NCBI GenBank assembly: GCA_965223265.1
Contig: OZ244999.1
Span: forward strand, 4,032,001-4,096,000
DNA length: 64,000 nucleotides
Origin: Planctomycetota bacterium
Lineage (GTDB): Bacteria > Planctomycetota > UBA8108 > SXIK01
Reading direction: 5' to 3'
The notes under the pieces are model-generated. The model ran no database searches and was not told the origin of the DNA. It saw nothing but the letters and a program-made list of their open reading frames with translations. The translations under genes were made by a program, and so were the position numbers. Positions 8,097 through 17,655 of the stretch are shown here, piece after piece (the stretch's first letter is position 1; each line of letters begins with the position of its first letter).

Positions 8097-10006
8097 ACGT
8101 TGAGCTCGTCGATACGACCCAACGTGAGCAACAGACGCGTTCGACGATCGATTGGGCCGTCTGGAAGAAGCTTTGGGGCTACACCCGACCGTACCGTTCT
8201 ACGGTCGTCGGTCTCGGCGCACTGGCTGTCGGCATCGCCGTTCTTGAGACGCTCTATCCTCTCTTGACGCGCCACGTCGTCGACGAGACGGCCGCCCGGG
8301 GTCGCGACGCGCCCATCATAACCTACGCCCTCGTCTACCTCGCGCTGACCGCCGTTTTCTCTCTTTGCGTCTTCGGCTTCATCAACTTCGCGGCCAAGAT
8401 CAAATCCCATGTCAGCCACGACATCCGCCGCGACGGGTTCGAGAATCTGCAGCGCTTGTCGTTCTCGTTCTATGACCGCTCGTCGGTCGGCTGGCTCATG
8501 TCCCGGATGACGTCTGACTGCGAACGTCTGTCAAACATTCTCGCGTGGGGAGTGGTGGACCTGATTTGGGGGACGACCCTCATGGTCGGTATCGCGACCG
8601 TGATGCTGATTCTCAACATCAAGCTCGCCCTGGCGGTGCTCGCGATCGTCCCTGTGCTCGCAGTCGTGAGCCGTTACTTTCAAAAGCGCATACTGCGGAG
8701 CGCTCGCCTCGTGCGTAAAACGAATTCACGCCTGACTGCAGCGTACAACGAAGGATTGATGGGAAACCGTACGAGCAAGGTCTTTGGGCGCGAAGAGGAG
8801 AATCTGAGCGACTTCCGAGAACTCTCAACCAAGATGTCGGTCGTATCTGTACGCAACGCCCTCTATTCGGCTCTTTTCCTACCAGTGGTGTTGACGCTCG
8901 GAAGCGTCGCGACTGGCGTCGCACTGGCACTCGGAGGCTACGACGTCGTCCTCGGTTCGATTTCGGTCGGCACGCTGTTCGCATTCATGATCTACGCGCG
9001 CCACTTCTTCGAGCCGATTCAAGAAATGGCCTACTGGTTCGCAGAGCTGCAGATGGCGCAGGCCTCCGCGGAACGGATCATCGGTCTCATCGAGGAGAAA
9101 CCAGAAGTCGCGAATTCAGCAGCCGTATTAGCGAAGATCGAGACTGAGCACCGCCGTCGCACGTCAGCAGCGGGCAGCGCCTCAGCTCACGGCGCGAATG
9201 GTGCAGGTAACGTCGCCAAAACGGCGAGTTCAGGCCTCGCGATCGATGGGATGGCAGAACAGATCGACCTCATCGAATTCGTTGACGTTGGGTTCGCCTA
9301 CGTCGAGAGCAGTCCCGTGCTCGTCGACTTCAACCTGCGCGTTAAGGCAGGCGAAAGAATTGCACTCGTCGGCGCCACGGGCGGTGGCAAGAGTACGATC
9401 ATCAGCCTGTTGTGCCGTTTCTACGAGCCGGCAAACGGCGAAATTCGATTCAACGGCGTCGACTATCGAGAGCGCAGCCTTTCGTGGCTGCAGTCGAACC
9501 TCGGAATTGTGCTGCAGTCGCCACACCTCTTCAGTGGCACTGTTGCGGAAAACATTCGCTACGGCCGGCTCGAGGCGACAGACGAAGAGGTTCGACAAGC
9601 GGCTCGTCTGGCCGCGGCCGACGACCTCATCGACAACTTTCCTCGGGGATTCGACACGGAAGTCGGCGAAGGTGGCGACCTGCTGTCAACTGGAGAGAAA
9701 CAACTCGTCTCGATCGCGCGAGCCATTCTGGCCCGGCCACAAATCCTCGTCATGGACGAAGCGACGTCGTCGGTCGATACCGAGACCGAACGGCTCATTC
9801 AACGTGGACTGGAAAACATGCTCAGTGGACGTACGAGCTTCGTGGTCGCCCATCGGCTCTCGACGGTTCGCAACGCGGATCGAATCCTCGTGATCGAGGA
9901 CGGGCGCATGGCGGAGACCGGCACCCACGACGAACTGCTGGCACGGCGCGGCCACTACTTCAATCTCTACGTCCAGCAAAGCGCCGACCTTGGCGGACGG
10001 ATTTAG
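8093..10006 (+). CDS. heterodimeric type IV ABC exporter, subunit 2 (BmrD/TM288-like)
   Basis: ATGA overlap with subunit 1; GATGGGKS, degenerate signature LSTGE, canonical ILVMDE. Confidence 0.93.
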   Translation: MNVELVDTTQREQQTRSTIDWAVWKKLWGYTRPYRSTVVGLGALAVGIAVLETLYPLLTRHVVDETAARGRDAPIITYALVYLALTAVFSLCVFGFINFAAKIKSHVSHDIRRDGFENLQRLSFSFYDRSSVGWLMSRMTSDCERLSNILAWGVVDLIWGTTLMVGIATVMLILNIKLALAVLAIVPVLAVVSRYFQKRILRSARLVRKTNSRLTAAYNEGLMGNRTSKVFGREEENLSDFRELSTKMSVVSVRNALYSALFLPVVLTLGSVATGVALALGGYDVVLGSISVGTLFAFMIYARHFFEPIQEMAYWFAELQMAQASAERIIGLIEEKPEVANSAAVLAKIETEHRRRTSAAGSASAHGANGAGNVAKTASSGLAIDGMAEQIDLIEFVDVGFAYVESSPVLVDFNLRVKAGERIALVGATGGGKSTIISLLCRFYEPANGEIRFNGVDYRERSLSWLQSNLGIVLQSPHLFSGTVAENIRYGRLEATDEEVRQAARLAAADDLIDNFPRGFDTEVGEGGDLLSTGEKQLVSIARAILARPQILVMDEATSSVDTETERLIQRGLENMLSGRTSFVVAHRLSTVRNADRILVIEDGRMAETGTHDELLARRGHYFNLYVQQSADLGGRI

Positions 10007-10260
10007 CCTCGAGTTTGGCCATTTCGCGCCGGCCTGGCCGGACGAGTTTCACGGGGGTTCCGAGGCCCTTTCGACTTTTTCGTACCCTGAGAACCCTTGT
10101 GCCCATTCAAAAACTCCTGTCCGGCCCTTCGGGGAACGCCAGGAGCGCCGATGCCTGCGTCACTCCTCCGCCACGATCGCAGCGGGATCGCGTTGTCGTC
10201 GTTCCTTGGCCTCGACGCTCCTGGCGTTCCCAGGCTCGACGCGAAATGGCCAAACTCGAG
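10007..10260 (+). mobile_element. family-2 MITE-like palindromic element (complete)
   Basis: 21-bp terminal IR CTCGAGTTTGGCCATTTCGCG / CGCGAAATGGCCAAACTCGAG; TTAG on both sides; internal IR GGGAACGCCAGGAGCG / CGCTCCTGGCGTTCCC. Confidence 0.75.
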
Positions 10261-10264
10261 TTAG

Positions 10265-10422
10265 CAGCCCGTTGAAAAAGTCATTCGGCCGAAAACTGGC
10301 CTCTTCGCGCCCAGCTCGACCGCGTCAATACTCGAAAATCTCGGAGATTACCTGCGTTTGCCGCGGCCGATCTGGACGCGAAGAGACCAGTTTTCGGCTC
10401 GAAGCACTTTTTCAACAGGCTG
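10265..10422 (+). mobile_element. family-1 MITE (central loop shortened)
   Basis: CAGCCCGTTGAAAAAGT...ACTTTTTCAACAGGCTG with TTAG direct repeats on both flanks. Confidence 0.9.
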
Positions 10423-10460
10423 TTAGGACAGGGAGAAGCGTCGACTGCCTCGGTCTCCGC

Positions 10461-11264
10461 TCATGACCTCCCCGCGGCGGCGCGATAGTAAGCACGCCAC
10501 CAACCGGCGAGATCCTTCGCATCGTCGATGTGTCGAGGGTACTTTGGGCTGCGAAAGCGATTGAGGAGAGCGGCTCGCACGACGACCCCGAGTGGGAACC
10601 CGTCTTTTCGCTTGAGAACCACGCGGTAGGCCTTCCGCAGCTCGACGAACCTGCCAGCGACATCATCGAATCTTGCACCCGCCAATCCCGGCACGTAATA
10701 GACCACCCGATCGTTGGCTTGGTCAAACTGCCCCACCGGCTGGAAGCAAATGATCTGCAGCTCAGTGAGGCGTGTGCGTCTGCGATCTTCGATACGCTGC
10801 ATCAACGCGGGCACCAGCCCCGGACGCACCTCCCAAAGTTGCCGATATGCCTCCTGCGCCTCTTCTACCTCCGCAACCAGAAGGCGATCGAGCCAGTCGT
10901 CGACGCTCAGCTGTCGCGGCTCTGCGTCCGGTTCGACAGGCTCCGACCCAGTATCTACGGCACGATCGAAAGCACTCTGCTCCGATTCGTCACGCCGAGC
11001 GCTGTCTGGCCAAGAAGCAGGCTCAGAGCCATTTTGCGCTGAGACATCCGGCGCAGTGAGATCATCCCCCGGATCCGTTTCGTCGGTCCGAACGCCAGGT
11101 CGGTCAGCCTTCGAGTTCGACGCATGCGTCACATCGAGCGTCGTCTCGGGGTTTTTTCGATGATCTGAGCGAGAACAGCTGTTCAAAGCCAACGCAGTCG
11201 TCGTGCACAGGATGACAAACGCCCGGCGGTTCGATTGCAGCTGTTTCTCACTGCTTCGCCGCAT
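10461..11264 (-). CDS. hypothetical lipoprotein with disordered acidic linker and helical C-domain
   Basis: MRRSS...LALNS-C lipobox; C-terminal 'LAGWWRAY'; overlaps the upstream gene's end. Confidence 0.6.
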   Translation of the reverse strand: MRRSSEKQLQSNRRAFVILCTTTALALNSCSRSDHRKNPETTLDVTHASNSKADRPGVRTDETDPGDDLTAPDVSAQNGSEPASWPDSARRDESEQSAFDRAVDTGSEPVEPDAEPRQLSVDDWLDRLLVAEVEEAQEAYRQLWEVRPGLVPALMQRIEDRRRTRLTELQIICFQPVGQFDQANDRVVYYVPGLAGARFDDVAGRFVELRKAYRVVLKRKDGFPLGVVVRAALLNRFRSPKYPRHIDDAKDLAGWWRAYYRAAAGRS

Positions 11265-12009
11265 CGCTGCTGCTCCGCTCGTTTCCGGCTGAAGTCGACG
11301 AGTCCGGTCCCGTCGCCGCTGTCGGCTCCCCAGCGCCGTCTTCGGCAGTCGCGGACGTCGCGGACGTCGCGGCTGCGCTGTCCGCAACCGACTGCGCGAT
11401 CGGCAGGAGCCTTTGCCCAACCGCCGGGTTCGCCTCCAACACCCGCTGCACCAGTTCGGTCTTGAATCGTTCCGGCGCCGAAGATTTGAAGTAATTCAGT
11501 AGGAGACCGAGCTCTGCTTCGCTCCTCAGCGTACTGTAGTAACCACTCAGCCAATCAAACACCTCACGCTGCGCGGTATCGGCGTCAGCTCGGGCACGAC
11601 CGACCAACTGGTCTTTGCGCGCCGACTCGTCCTTCAGGCGTTCGAGCTCCTGGTTCAACTGCGAAGCCTTGTCGTGGACTTCCGCAAGCTGACGTGTTCG
11701 ACTCGAATCCTGCAGCTTGAGGCGACGGACTTCGTCGGCATCCGCACGCAGCTCCGAGATTTGGGCAGCTGCGCTGTTAAGCTTCTCCACGGCTACGTCG
11801 CGCTCGCGTTTTAGCTGACCAAGCTCGGCGCGAACGGCTTGAAGCTCACCGGCATCGACCTCCGGGACCGTCGGCGCAGCAGTTGTGGTCCGTCGCTGCG
11901 AGTCTTGATTTGAGTCGAATTCGAAAACCCCCATCAAATCGAGACCAAACGCAGCCGAAATCACCACGCCAACGAGAACACCACACAAAAAGAAACCCGA
12001 CTTGTTCAT
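11248..12009 (-). CDS. hypothetical membrane-anchored coiled-coil protein
   Basis: N-terminal hydrophobic helix FFLCGVLVGVVISAAFG followed by a long heptad-rich E/Q/L/R region. Confidence 0.7.
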   Translation of the reverse strand: MNKSGFFLCGVLVGVVISAAFGLDLMGVFEFDSNQDSQRRTTTAAPTVPEVDAGELQAVRAELGQLKRERDVAVEKLNSAAAQISELRADADEVRRLKLQDSSRTRQLAEVHDKASQLNQELERLKDESARKDQLVGRARADADTAQREVFDWLSGYYSTLRSEAELGLLLNYFKSSAPERFKTELVQRVLEANPAVGQRLLPIAQSVADSAAATSATSATAEDGAGEPTAATGPDSSTSAGNERSSSDAAKQ

Positions 12010-12289
12010 AGCTTTTCCCAACATCTCTTCTCTTTGAGCGATGGTGTTGCTGGCTCCGCGGGACAGCACTCACAACGCTCCACTTCGTTATCCCCGCCGC
12101 GCTGGATAGCGTGATTATAGGGAGCGAAGAGGCGCGGCGTCTATCCGTCTAGCCAGCATTTCTCACAAGAATTGGTCGTTCATCATGCAAAGTTCTGTTG
12201 AAGAACGTACACCGTTTTCGGTTCCAACAGAAATCGCTTCGGGAGAGCTGTCATCCAGCGGTATGATGCGGCACAGATCGGAGGTGAAC

Positions 12290-12964
12290 ATGGTAGCGAA
12301 ATGTCCCAAATGCGGCCGAAAAGCGCGCCGAAGGTGCCCCGCGCTGGTCGGGAACATCTGTTCGCGCTGCTGCGGCGAATTGAGGCTGCGCGAGCTCGAC
12401 TGTCCGGCCGACTGCGTGTTTCTCGAAGGTGAAGGGTACCAGCAAAAGCGACGGCACGAGCGCTCGATGTCGGTGGGACGCCCCCTCCTCGAAGTGACGA
12501 AGCACGCCGCCAAGTCTGACGCTGATTGGAGATTCCTCATGACGCTTCAGGCGGAGGTTTTCGCTTTCTCCCAATCCGACGGCAGCTTGGATGACGACGC
12601 GATTGTGCGCGGTCTTGACGGATTCAAGGGCTTGATCGGCAGAATCTATGTAGCGTCGACTCTACCGACACGACTGGCGCAACACCTCGAAGAACGAGCC
12701 GACTCGCGAGAGGAGCTTTCGGCTTCGGCGGCGCTGCCAGACGAACGGCGCGTCGAGCTCGTCGACAGTCTCATCAGCGTGGTGAAAAAACAGGCGCGCC
12801 AACGCGAGCCTTACACAGACCTGCTCACGTCGTTCTTCACCCAGCTGGACCTCGAACGCGACCTTGGGGTATCGATAGAGGACTCCCGCGACACAGACAC
12901 GGCGACTCCGGAGGCCGGTTTCCACCGCCGCGCGAGTGGCCTCATCGTACCGCCAAACGGATAG
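12290..12964 (+). CDS. hypothetical protein with N-terminal Cys-rich (Zn-binding) domain
   Basis: GGAGGTG SD; CPKC...RRCPAL..ICSRCCG..R...DCPADC. Confidence 0.75.
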   Translation: MVAKCPKCGRKARRRCPALVGNICSRCCGELRLRELDCPADCVFLEGEGYQQKRRHERSMSVGRPLLEVTKHAAKSDADWRFLMTLQAEVFAFSQSDGSLDDDAIVRGLDGFKGLIGRIYVASTLPTRLAQHLEERADSREELSASAALPDERRVELVDSLISVVKKQARQREPYTDLLTSFFTQLDLERDLGVSIEDSRDTDTATPEAGFHRRASGLIVPPNG

Positions 12965-13041
12965 CCCGACGTCGCCGACCTCGGCACCATTCGAGTCAGT
13001 GCGCCGCCGCACTCTGGATAGCCCGCAGCAGAGATTTCCCG

Positions 13042-13758
13042 TTGACCGCTCCTACTGTTTGCTTACTGGCCGCCGTCGAGCTCGAGCTCGCTCCACTGCG
13101 GACACGTTTCGCCACCAGCAAGCTACCGTTCAAACCATGTTTCGTGGCCACAGGACCAGGAAAGGCGAACGGCGCCATGCGTGCCTCTGAGGCCATCGTT
13201 CGCTTCGAGCCGTCCTTGCTCGTGGTGTGCGGCTGCGCCGGCGCTTTCGCGTCCAGCTCGCTTAGAGTCGGCGACGTTGCGATCGCATACGGTGAGACGT
13301 TCGCGGACGAAGGCGTGGTGTGCCCAACAGGCTTCCTCGATCTTGAAAGCATGGATTTGCCGCTCCACGAGGTAGACGATGGCTGCGTCTATAACGAAAT
13401 TCCTTTGCACCGTATTCCGGAGCATACGATCGAACGGCTTCGGCGCCGCGCGCTCGATCGCTTTCGCGTCGCCAGAGGACAATTTGCAACCGTCTCGACG
13501 TGCTCTGGAACGGACGCCCGCGCCGCAGAAATTGCAGCCCGGTGGCATCCCATCGCGGAGAGTATGGAGGGTGCAGCCATCGCACTCGCAGGACTGGCGC
13601 ACAGCCGGGCGGTGATCGAGGTGCGCGGCATCTCAAACCACGTCGGCAACCGAGACCGCGATTCATGGCGAATCGAGGCCGCTTGCGAGCACGGCGCGGA
13701 AGCGATCGAGCATATCTTAACCGACGGCGAGTTCCTTGAGTCTCTATCGTCTCTTTAG
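13042..13758 (+). CDS. mqnB: futalosine hydrolase
   Basis: PNP/UDP fold: TGPGKANG, GCAGAF, E.FADEG, TVSTCSGT, ESMEGAA, EVRGISN.VG.RDR..W. Confidence 0.88.
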   Translation: MTAPTVCLLAAVELELAPLRTRFATSKLPFKPCFVATGPGKANGAMRASEAIVRFEPSLLVVCGCAGAFASSSLRVGDVAIAYGETFADEGVVCPTGFLDLESMDLPLHEVDDGCVYNEIPLHRIPEHTIERLRRRALDRFRVARGQFATVSTCSGTDARAAEIAARWHPIAESMEGAAIALAGLAHSRAVIEVRGISNHVGNRDRDSWRIEAACEHGAEAIEHILTDGEFLESLSSL

Positions 13759-13888
13759 CCTCGCGTGTGGCCATTCCGCCTTGGCCTGGCCGGGCGAGTT
13801 GCCCGACATTCAGCGGCCGTTGAGTTTCTTTCTTCCCCCCGGGGGCCCTCGAGCATGCTCAAGAACGCCTGTCCGGCGCTTCGGGGAA
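13759..13888 (+). repeat. family-2 element, diverged left part
   Basis: TTAG-CCTCGCGTGTGGCCATT...GGCCTGGCCGGGCGAGTT...CCTGTCCGGCGCTTCGGGGAA aligns with 10007-10137; begins at the mqnB stop codon. Confidence 0.65.
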
Positions 13889-13934
13889 GGTAACGTTGAC
13901 TCCTGGAGTCGAAAGTGCAGTGATGTTGGGCAAC

Positions 13935-14112
13935 CAGCCTGCGGACAAAAGCCAGGTGGCGGACAATACCAGCCCCGTCACCACCAGCTCGACGGCGTCA
14001 ATGCTGGCCGCGATTCGTTCAGGAGGAGGATTCGGATATCGCTTACGTGTACCGCGGCAAATCCTGACCCGAAGAGGCTTCTCTGGGTCGAGCCACGCTG
14101 ATCAGCAGGCTG
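13935..14112. repeat. highly diverged family-1-like element
   Basis: Ends CAGCCTGCGGACAAAAG / TCAGCAGGCTG about 178 bp apart, the length of intact copies; interior diverged. Confidence 0.35.
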
Positions 14113-14192
14113 TCAAGTCAGCGCCGACGACGCCATCTCGGCCGAGGGCCGCGCCGCGGTAGCTCTCAGGCAACGCCAACCATCACGACACT

Positions 14193-15065
14193 ATGACCTC
14201 AACATCTGAAGCATCTCAACTCACACTCGGCTTCTCCTCCTGCCCCAACGACACTTTCATGTTTCATGGCCTGGTCTCCGGCGCCACGCCAGTACCAGGC
14301 GTCGAGTGGCAGGTGACGATTCAGGACATCGAGAAACTCAATCAGATGGCCATGTCGAGAGCCATCGACGTCACGAAGATTTCGTTTCACGCCTTAGGAC
14401 GAGTCCGGGAGAACTATGCGCTTCTGGCGTCGGGTGCCGCGTTGGGACGCGGCTGCGGCCCTCTCCTCGTAGGGCGGGACGAATCAGTTCGAGACCGCCT
14501 CGATTCGGCGCGCGTCGCGATTCCGGGCTGGAACACAAGCGCGACTTTGCTCCTGCGGATGTTCGCGCCGCAGCTACGGAGCGAGCAGCTGGTCGAGGTG
14601 ACGTTCGACCACATTCTCGAAATGACCGCCCGGGGCGACGTCGATGCGGGGCTGATCATCCACGAGAGCCGCTTCACGTTCGCACGACACGGTCTCGTTT
14701 CACTCGTCGACCTGGGGAACTGGTGGGAAGAGGCGTCAGGACTGCCGATCCCACTCGGCGGCATCATCGTACGCCGAGCGCTGCCTGACACGCTGCAGCG
14801 GAGCATCGAAACGGCACTACGAGAAAGCGTCCTCGCGGCGCGGCGCGACCCGACGCAAAGCCGCGACTACGTTCGCAGTCATGCTCAGGAGATGGACGAG
14901 GACGTGCAGCAGGCTCACATCGACCTCTACGTGAACGACTACTCAGTCGATCTGAAAGATGAGGGCCGTCATGCCATTCGCGCGTTTCTCGACGTCGCCA
15001 CAGAGCGCGGAGTGCTGCCGCCGTACACCGGCCCATTGTTCGTCGATGACCATGTCAGTCAGTGA
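14193..15065 (+). CDS. mqnD: 1,4-dihydroxy-6-naphthoate synthase
   Basis: LGFSSCPNDTF, DIEKLN, GAALGRGCGP, IIHESRF, LPIPLG, HIDLYVN. Confidence 0.95.
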   Translation: MTSTSEASQLTLGFSSCPNDTFMFHGLVSGATPVPGVEWQVTIQDIEKLNQMAMSRAIDVTKISFHALGRVRENYALLASGAALGRGCGPLLVGRDESVRDRLDSARVAIPGWNTSATLLLRMFAPQLRSEQLVEVTFDHILEMTARGDVDAGLIIHESRFTFARHGLVSLVDLGNWWEEASGLPIPLGGIIVRRALPDTLQRSIETALRESVLAARRDPTQSRDYVRSHAQEMDEDVQQAHIDLYVNDYSVDLKDEGRHAIRAFLDVATERGVLPPYTGPLFVDDHVSQ

Positions 15066-15156
15066 CCACACCACAGAGCGTGGCGAGCAAGAACGGCAGA
15101 GAGTGCGTCCGTAGTGGCGTTTTCGAGACGCGGCGTCGCGCAGAGCCGGGCGGTGT

Positions 15157-16110
15157 CTACGTCGAGCCGCTTCCGGCTTCGCACGTCAGGATGTCCGGAG
15201 TCGGATCCTTCCCGAACGTCGACGGCTCGGGGAATGGCTCACCTTCTACAAAGAGGCGAATCAAAGTGTAGATTGGATCCGAAACGTCGATAGCGCCGTC
15301 GTCGTTCGCGTCCGCCGAATCCTCACAAGGAAAAGGGTCTGGCGTCCGAAACAAGCTCTGCAGCGTCAGAATGGGATCGCTGATATCGCGCTCGAAGTCG
15401 TAGTTGGTGTCACCGCGCATGAAGAATCCCACTTCGCCGACAATGTTGATATGCCCACCCTCAAGACCATCCTCGGCAACAGGAACAGCGAGGCTGTCTG
15501 CTTCGTTGACGACAGTAATCGTGTTCTTGAAAAAAACTTCACGGTCGAGCACGTTGACGGGCCCAATGTCCTCGAACGAGATGTCCGACCGGCCGAGCTC
15601 TGCGTCTGGGCGAACGCGAAATCGCAGGCCGAACGTTGGCTCGAGTTCACCGACGTCCAAGGCCAGAGCAGTACCGTCAGTCGACGTCCGCACCTGAATG
15701 TGTACCCACCCTTCGGAAGGCTGATTGCCAGCGATGTCGTTGCTATTGTCGATGTCAACTGAGCTATTGATGACATCGGCACCGTTTGCGGGTTCGAGAT
15801 GCTTGAGGGGTACCACTTCATGCAGCTGCAACGCACCTTCATCGAAGTTGATTGCGATCGACATCGCCTCGATCAGCGCCTTGCTGCGAACGAGAAGTTT
15901 CACGGAGAGGATGTCTCCAGGTCGAGCGCTCGCCGTCTCAATGACGAAATCTGCCAGCAGGGCGACAGGCACCTCTTGTGGGTCCGGATCGTCCTGCGCC
16001 GCGGCGCTTCCGACGGCCCCGAAGAGTGCCAAGACCACGAGCTGGGCACAGAGTCGTCGCGGGCGGTTCGGCACCAACGGCGCCTCACCAGTGTTTCCGC
16101 CTGCCGACAT
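15157..16110 (-). CDS. secreted single cohesin-like domain plus dockerin protein
   Basis: Signal ...GAVGSAAA-Q; A.PGD..SVKL....IEAMSIAINFDEGALQL (cohesin pattern); FMRGDTNYDFERDISDP...CEDSADANDDGAIDVSDP...DPTPD.LTC. Confidence 0.75.
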   Translation of the reverse strand: MSAGGNTGEAPLVPNRPRRLCAQLVVLALFGAVGSAAAQDDPDPQEVPVALLADFVIETASARPGDILSVKLLVRSKALIEAMSIAINFDEGALQLHEVVPLKHLEPANGADVINSSVDIDNSNDIAGNQPSEGWVHIQVRTSTDGTALALDVGELEPTFGLRFRVRPDAELGRSDISFEDIGPVNVLDREVFFKNTITVVNEADSLAVPVAEDGLEGGHINIVGEVGFFMRGDTNYDFERDISDPILTLQSLFRTPDPFPCEDSADANDDGAIDVSDPIYTLIRLFVEGEPFPEPSTFGKDPTPDILTCEAGSGST

Positions 16111-16297
16111 GTCGCACCTTCTTCTCAACGCTGAAATGTCTCGCTTGCAACGAGCCAAGATGAATCCGCAAAAGCCTGTTTTCCAGGGGCAACACAAGCA
16201 AATTGCCGGCCGATGACCCACAGAAAAATCACAACTCATAACGAAATCGAGAGTAATGACGACTCACCCCGGTGTCTACCAAAAATGGAAGTGCAAA

Positions 16298-16346
16298 GCG
16301 GAGTTGACGTCCCCGCGTGCGGAGTTGACACCCCGCGTCAATTGAC
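16298..16346. repeat. tandem 20-21 bp direct repeat plus palindrome in the divergent intergenic region
   Basis: GCGGAGTTGACGTCCCCGCGT / GCGGAGTTGACACCCCGCGT, overlapped at its end by GTCAATTGAC. Confidence 0.7.
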
Positions 16347-16414
16347 TGCACCTTGATCGCTGCACTGAAGAGCGCTAATTTGCTGCTTCCCCAGGTAACA
16401 GAGAAGGGACCCAC

Positions 16415-17617
16415 ATGAACAAGCTCTTTGTGAAAGACGTCGATGTCGCCGGCAAGCGCGTGCTCGTGCGCGCCGACTTCAACGTACCTCTCAACGACGC
16501 CGGTGAAATCACCGACGACCGACGCATCGAGGCGACCTTGCCAACCATCGAACGCCTGCTCAGCGCCGGCGCTCGTGTGATTCTCATGTCGCACCTCGGG
16601 CGACCAAAGGGCAAACGCGACCCGAAACTCAGCCTCGCCCCGGTCGCCGAGCGCCTCGGCCAACTACTGCGAAAGGAAGTGCGACTGGCAGACGATTGCG
16701 TCGGGCCGAGCGTCAAGCGACTGCTTCCAGGCGTAGGCAACGGCGATGTTCTGCTCCTCGAAAACCTCCGCTTCCACACCGGTGAAGAAGCAAACGACGC
16801 GGACTTCTCCGCCGAGCTTGCCGAGCTTGGTGAGATCTACGTCAACGACGCGTTTGGTGCGGCGCACCGTGCCCACGCCTCCACTGAGGGCGCAGCACGG
16901 CTATTCCAGCAGCGCGCTTGCGGGTTCCTCATGAAGAAAGAGCTCGACTACCTAGGCACGGCTCTGGAGCGCCCGCAGCGACCATTCGTCGCGGTGATTG
17001 GTGGCGCGAAGATCTCAGGAAAGATCGATGTGATCGAGGCACTACTCGACAAGGTCGACACGCTCCTGGTTGGCGGTGGTATGGCGTATACGTTTTTCAA
17101 GGCGATGGGACGAGAGATCGGCCGTTCTCTTCTCGAGGCTGACCGAGTCGACATCGCTCGCCAGATCCTCGAGACGAGTCAGGAGGAAGGCAAAGCCGAG
17201 CTGCTGCTGCCGGAAGACTGCGTCGCCGTCGCCGAGTTCGACAACGGTGCCGAACGCCACGTCTGCACGGCCGACTCCATCCCCGCCGATCTCCTCTGCG
17301 TCGATATTGGTCCGCGCTCGAGCGAAACCTTCGCAGCGCGCGTCGCGGAAGCCAAGACGGTCGTCTGGAACGGACCAATGGGCGTCTTCGAGATGCCGAA
17401 CTTCGCGCACGGCACGGAAGCTGTCGCTCGTGCGCTCACTGCGGCGACGCAGCGAGGTGCGACGACGATCGTTGGCGGCGGCGACTCGGCCGCGGCGATC
17501 CACCAACTCGGACTCGAGAGCGGCGTCAGCCACGTATCGACCGGCGGCGGAGCCTCGCTCGAGTTCCTCGAGGGCAAACGACTGCCCGGCGTTGAAGTTC
17601 TGAGCGACGCTCCATAG
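16415..17617 (+). CDS. pgk: phosphoglycerate kinase
   Basis: RADFNVP, SHLGRP, LENLRF, NDAFGAAHRAHAS, GGAK, WNGPMG, GGGDS, STGGGASLE. Confidence 0.99.
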   Translation: MNKLFVKDVDVAGKRVLVRADFNVPLNDAGEITDDRRIEATLPTIERLLSAGARVILMSHLGRPKGKRDPKLSLAPVAERLGQLLRKEVRLADDCVGPSVKRLLPGVGNGDVLLLENLRFHTGEEANDADFSAELAELGEIYVNDAFGAAHRAHASTEGAARLFQQRACGFLMKKELDYLGTALERPQRPFVAVIGGAKISGKIDVIEALLDKVDTLLVGGGMAYTFFKAMGREIGRSLLEADRVDIARQILETSQEEGKAELLLPEDCVAVAEFDNGAERHVCTADSIPADLLCVDIGPRSSETFAARVAEAKTVVWNGPMGVFEMPNFAHGTEAVARALTAATQRGATTIVGGGDSAAAIHQLGLESGVSHVSTGGGASLEFLEGKRLPGVEVLSDAP

Positions 17618-17655
17618 CCTAGGGCGAGCCTGCTGCGTCCCCTGTGGTCAGCCGC

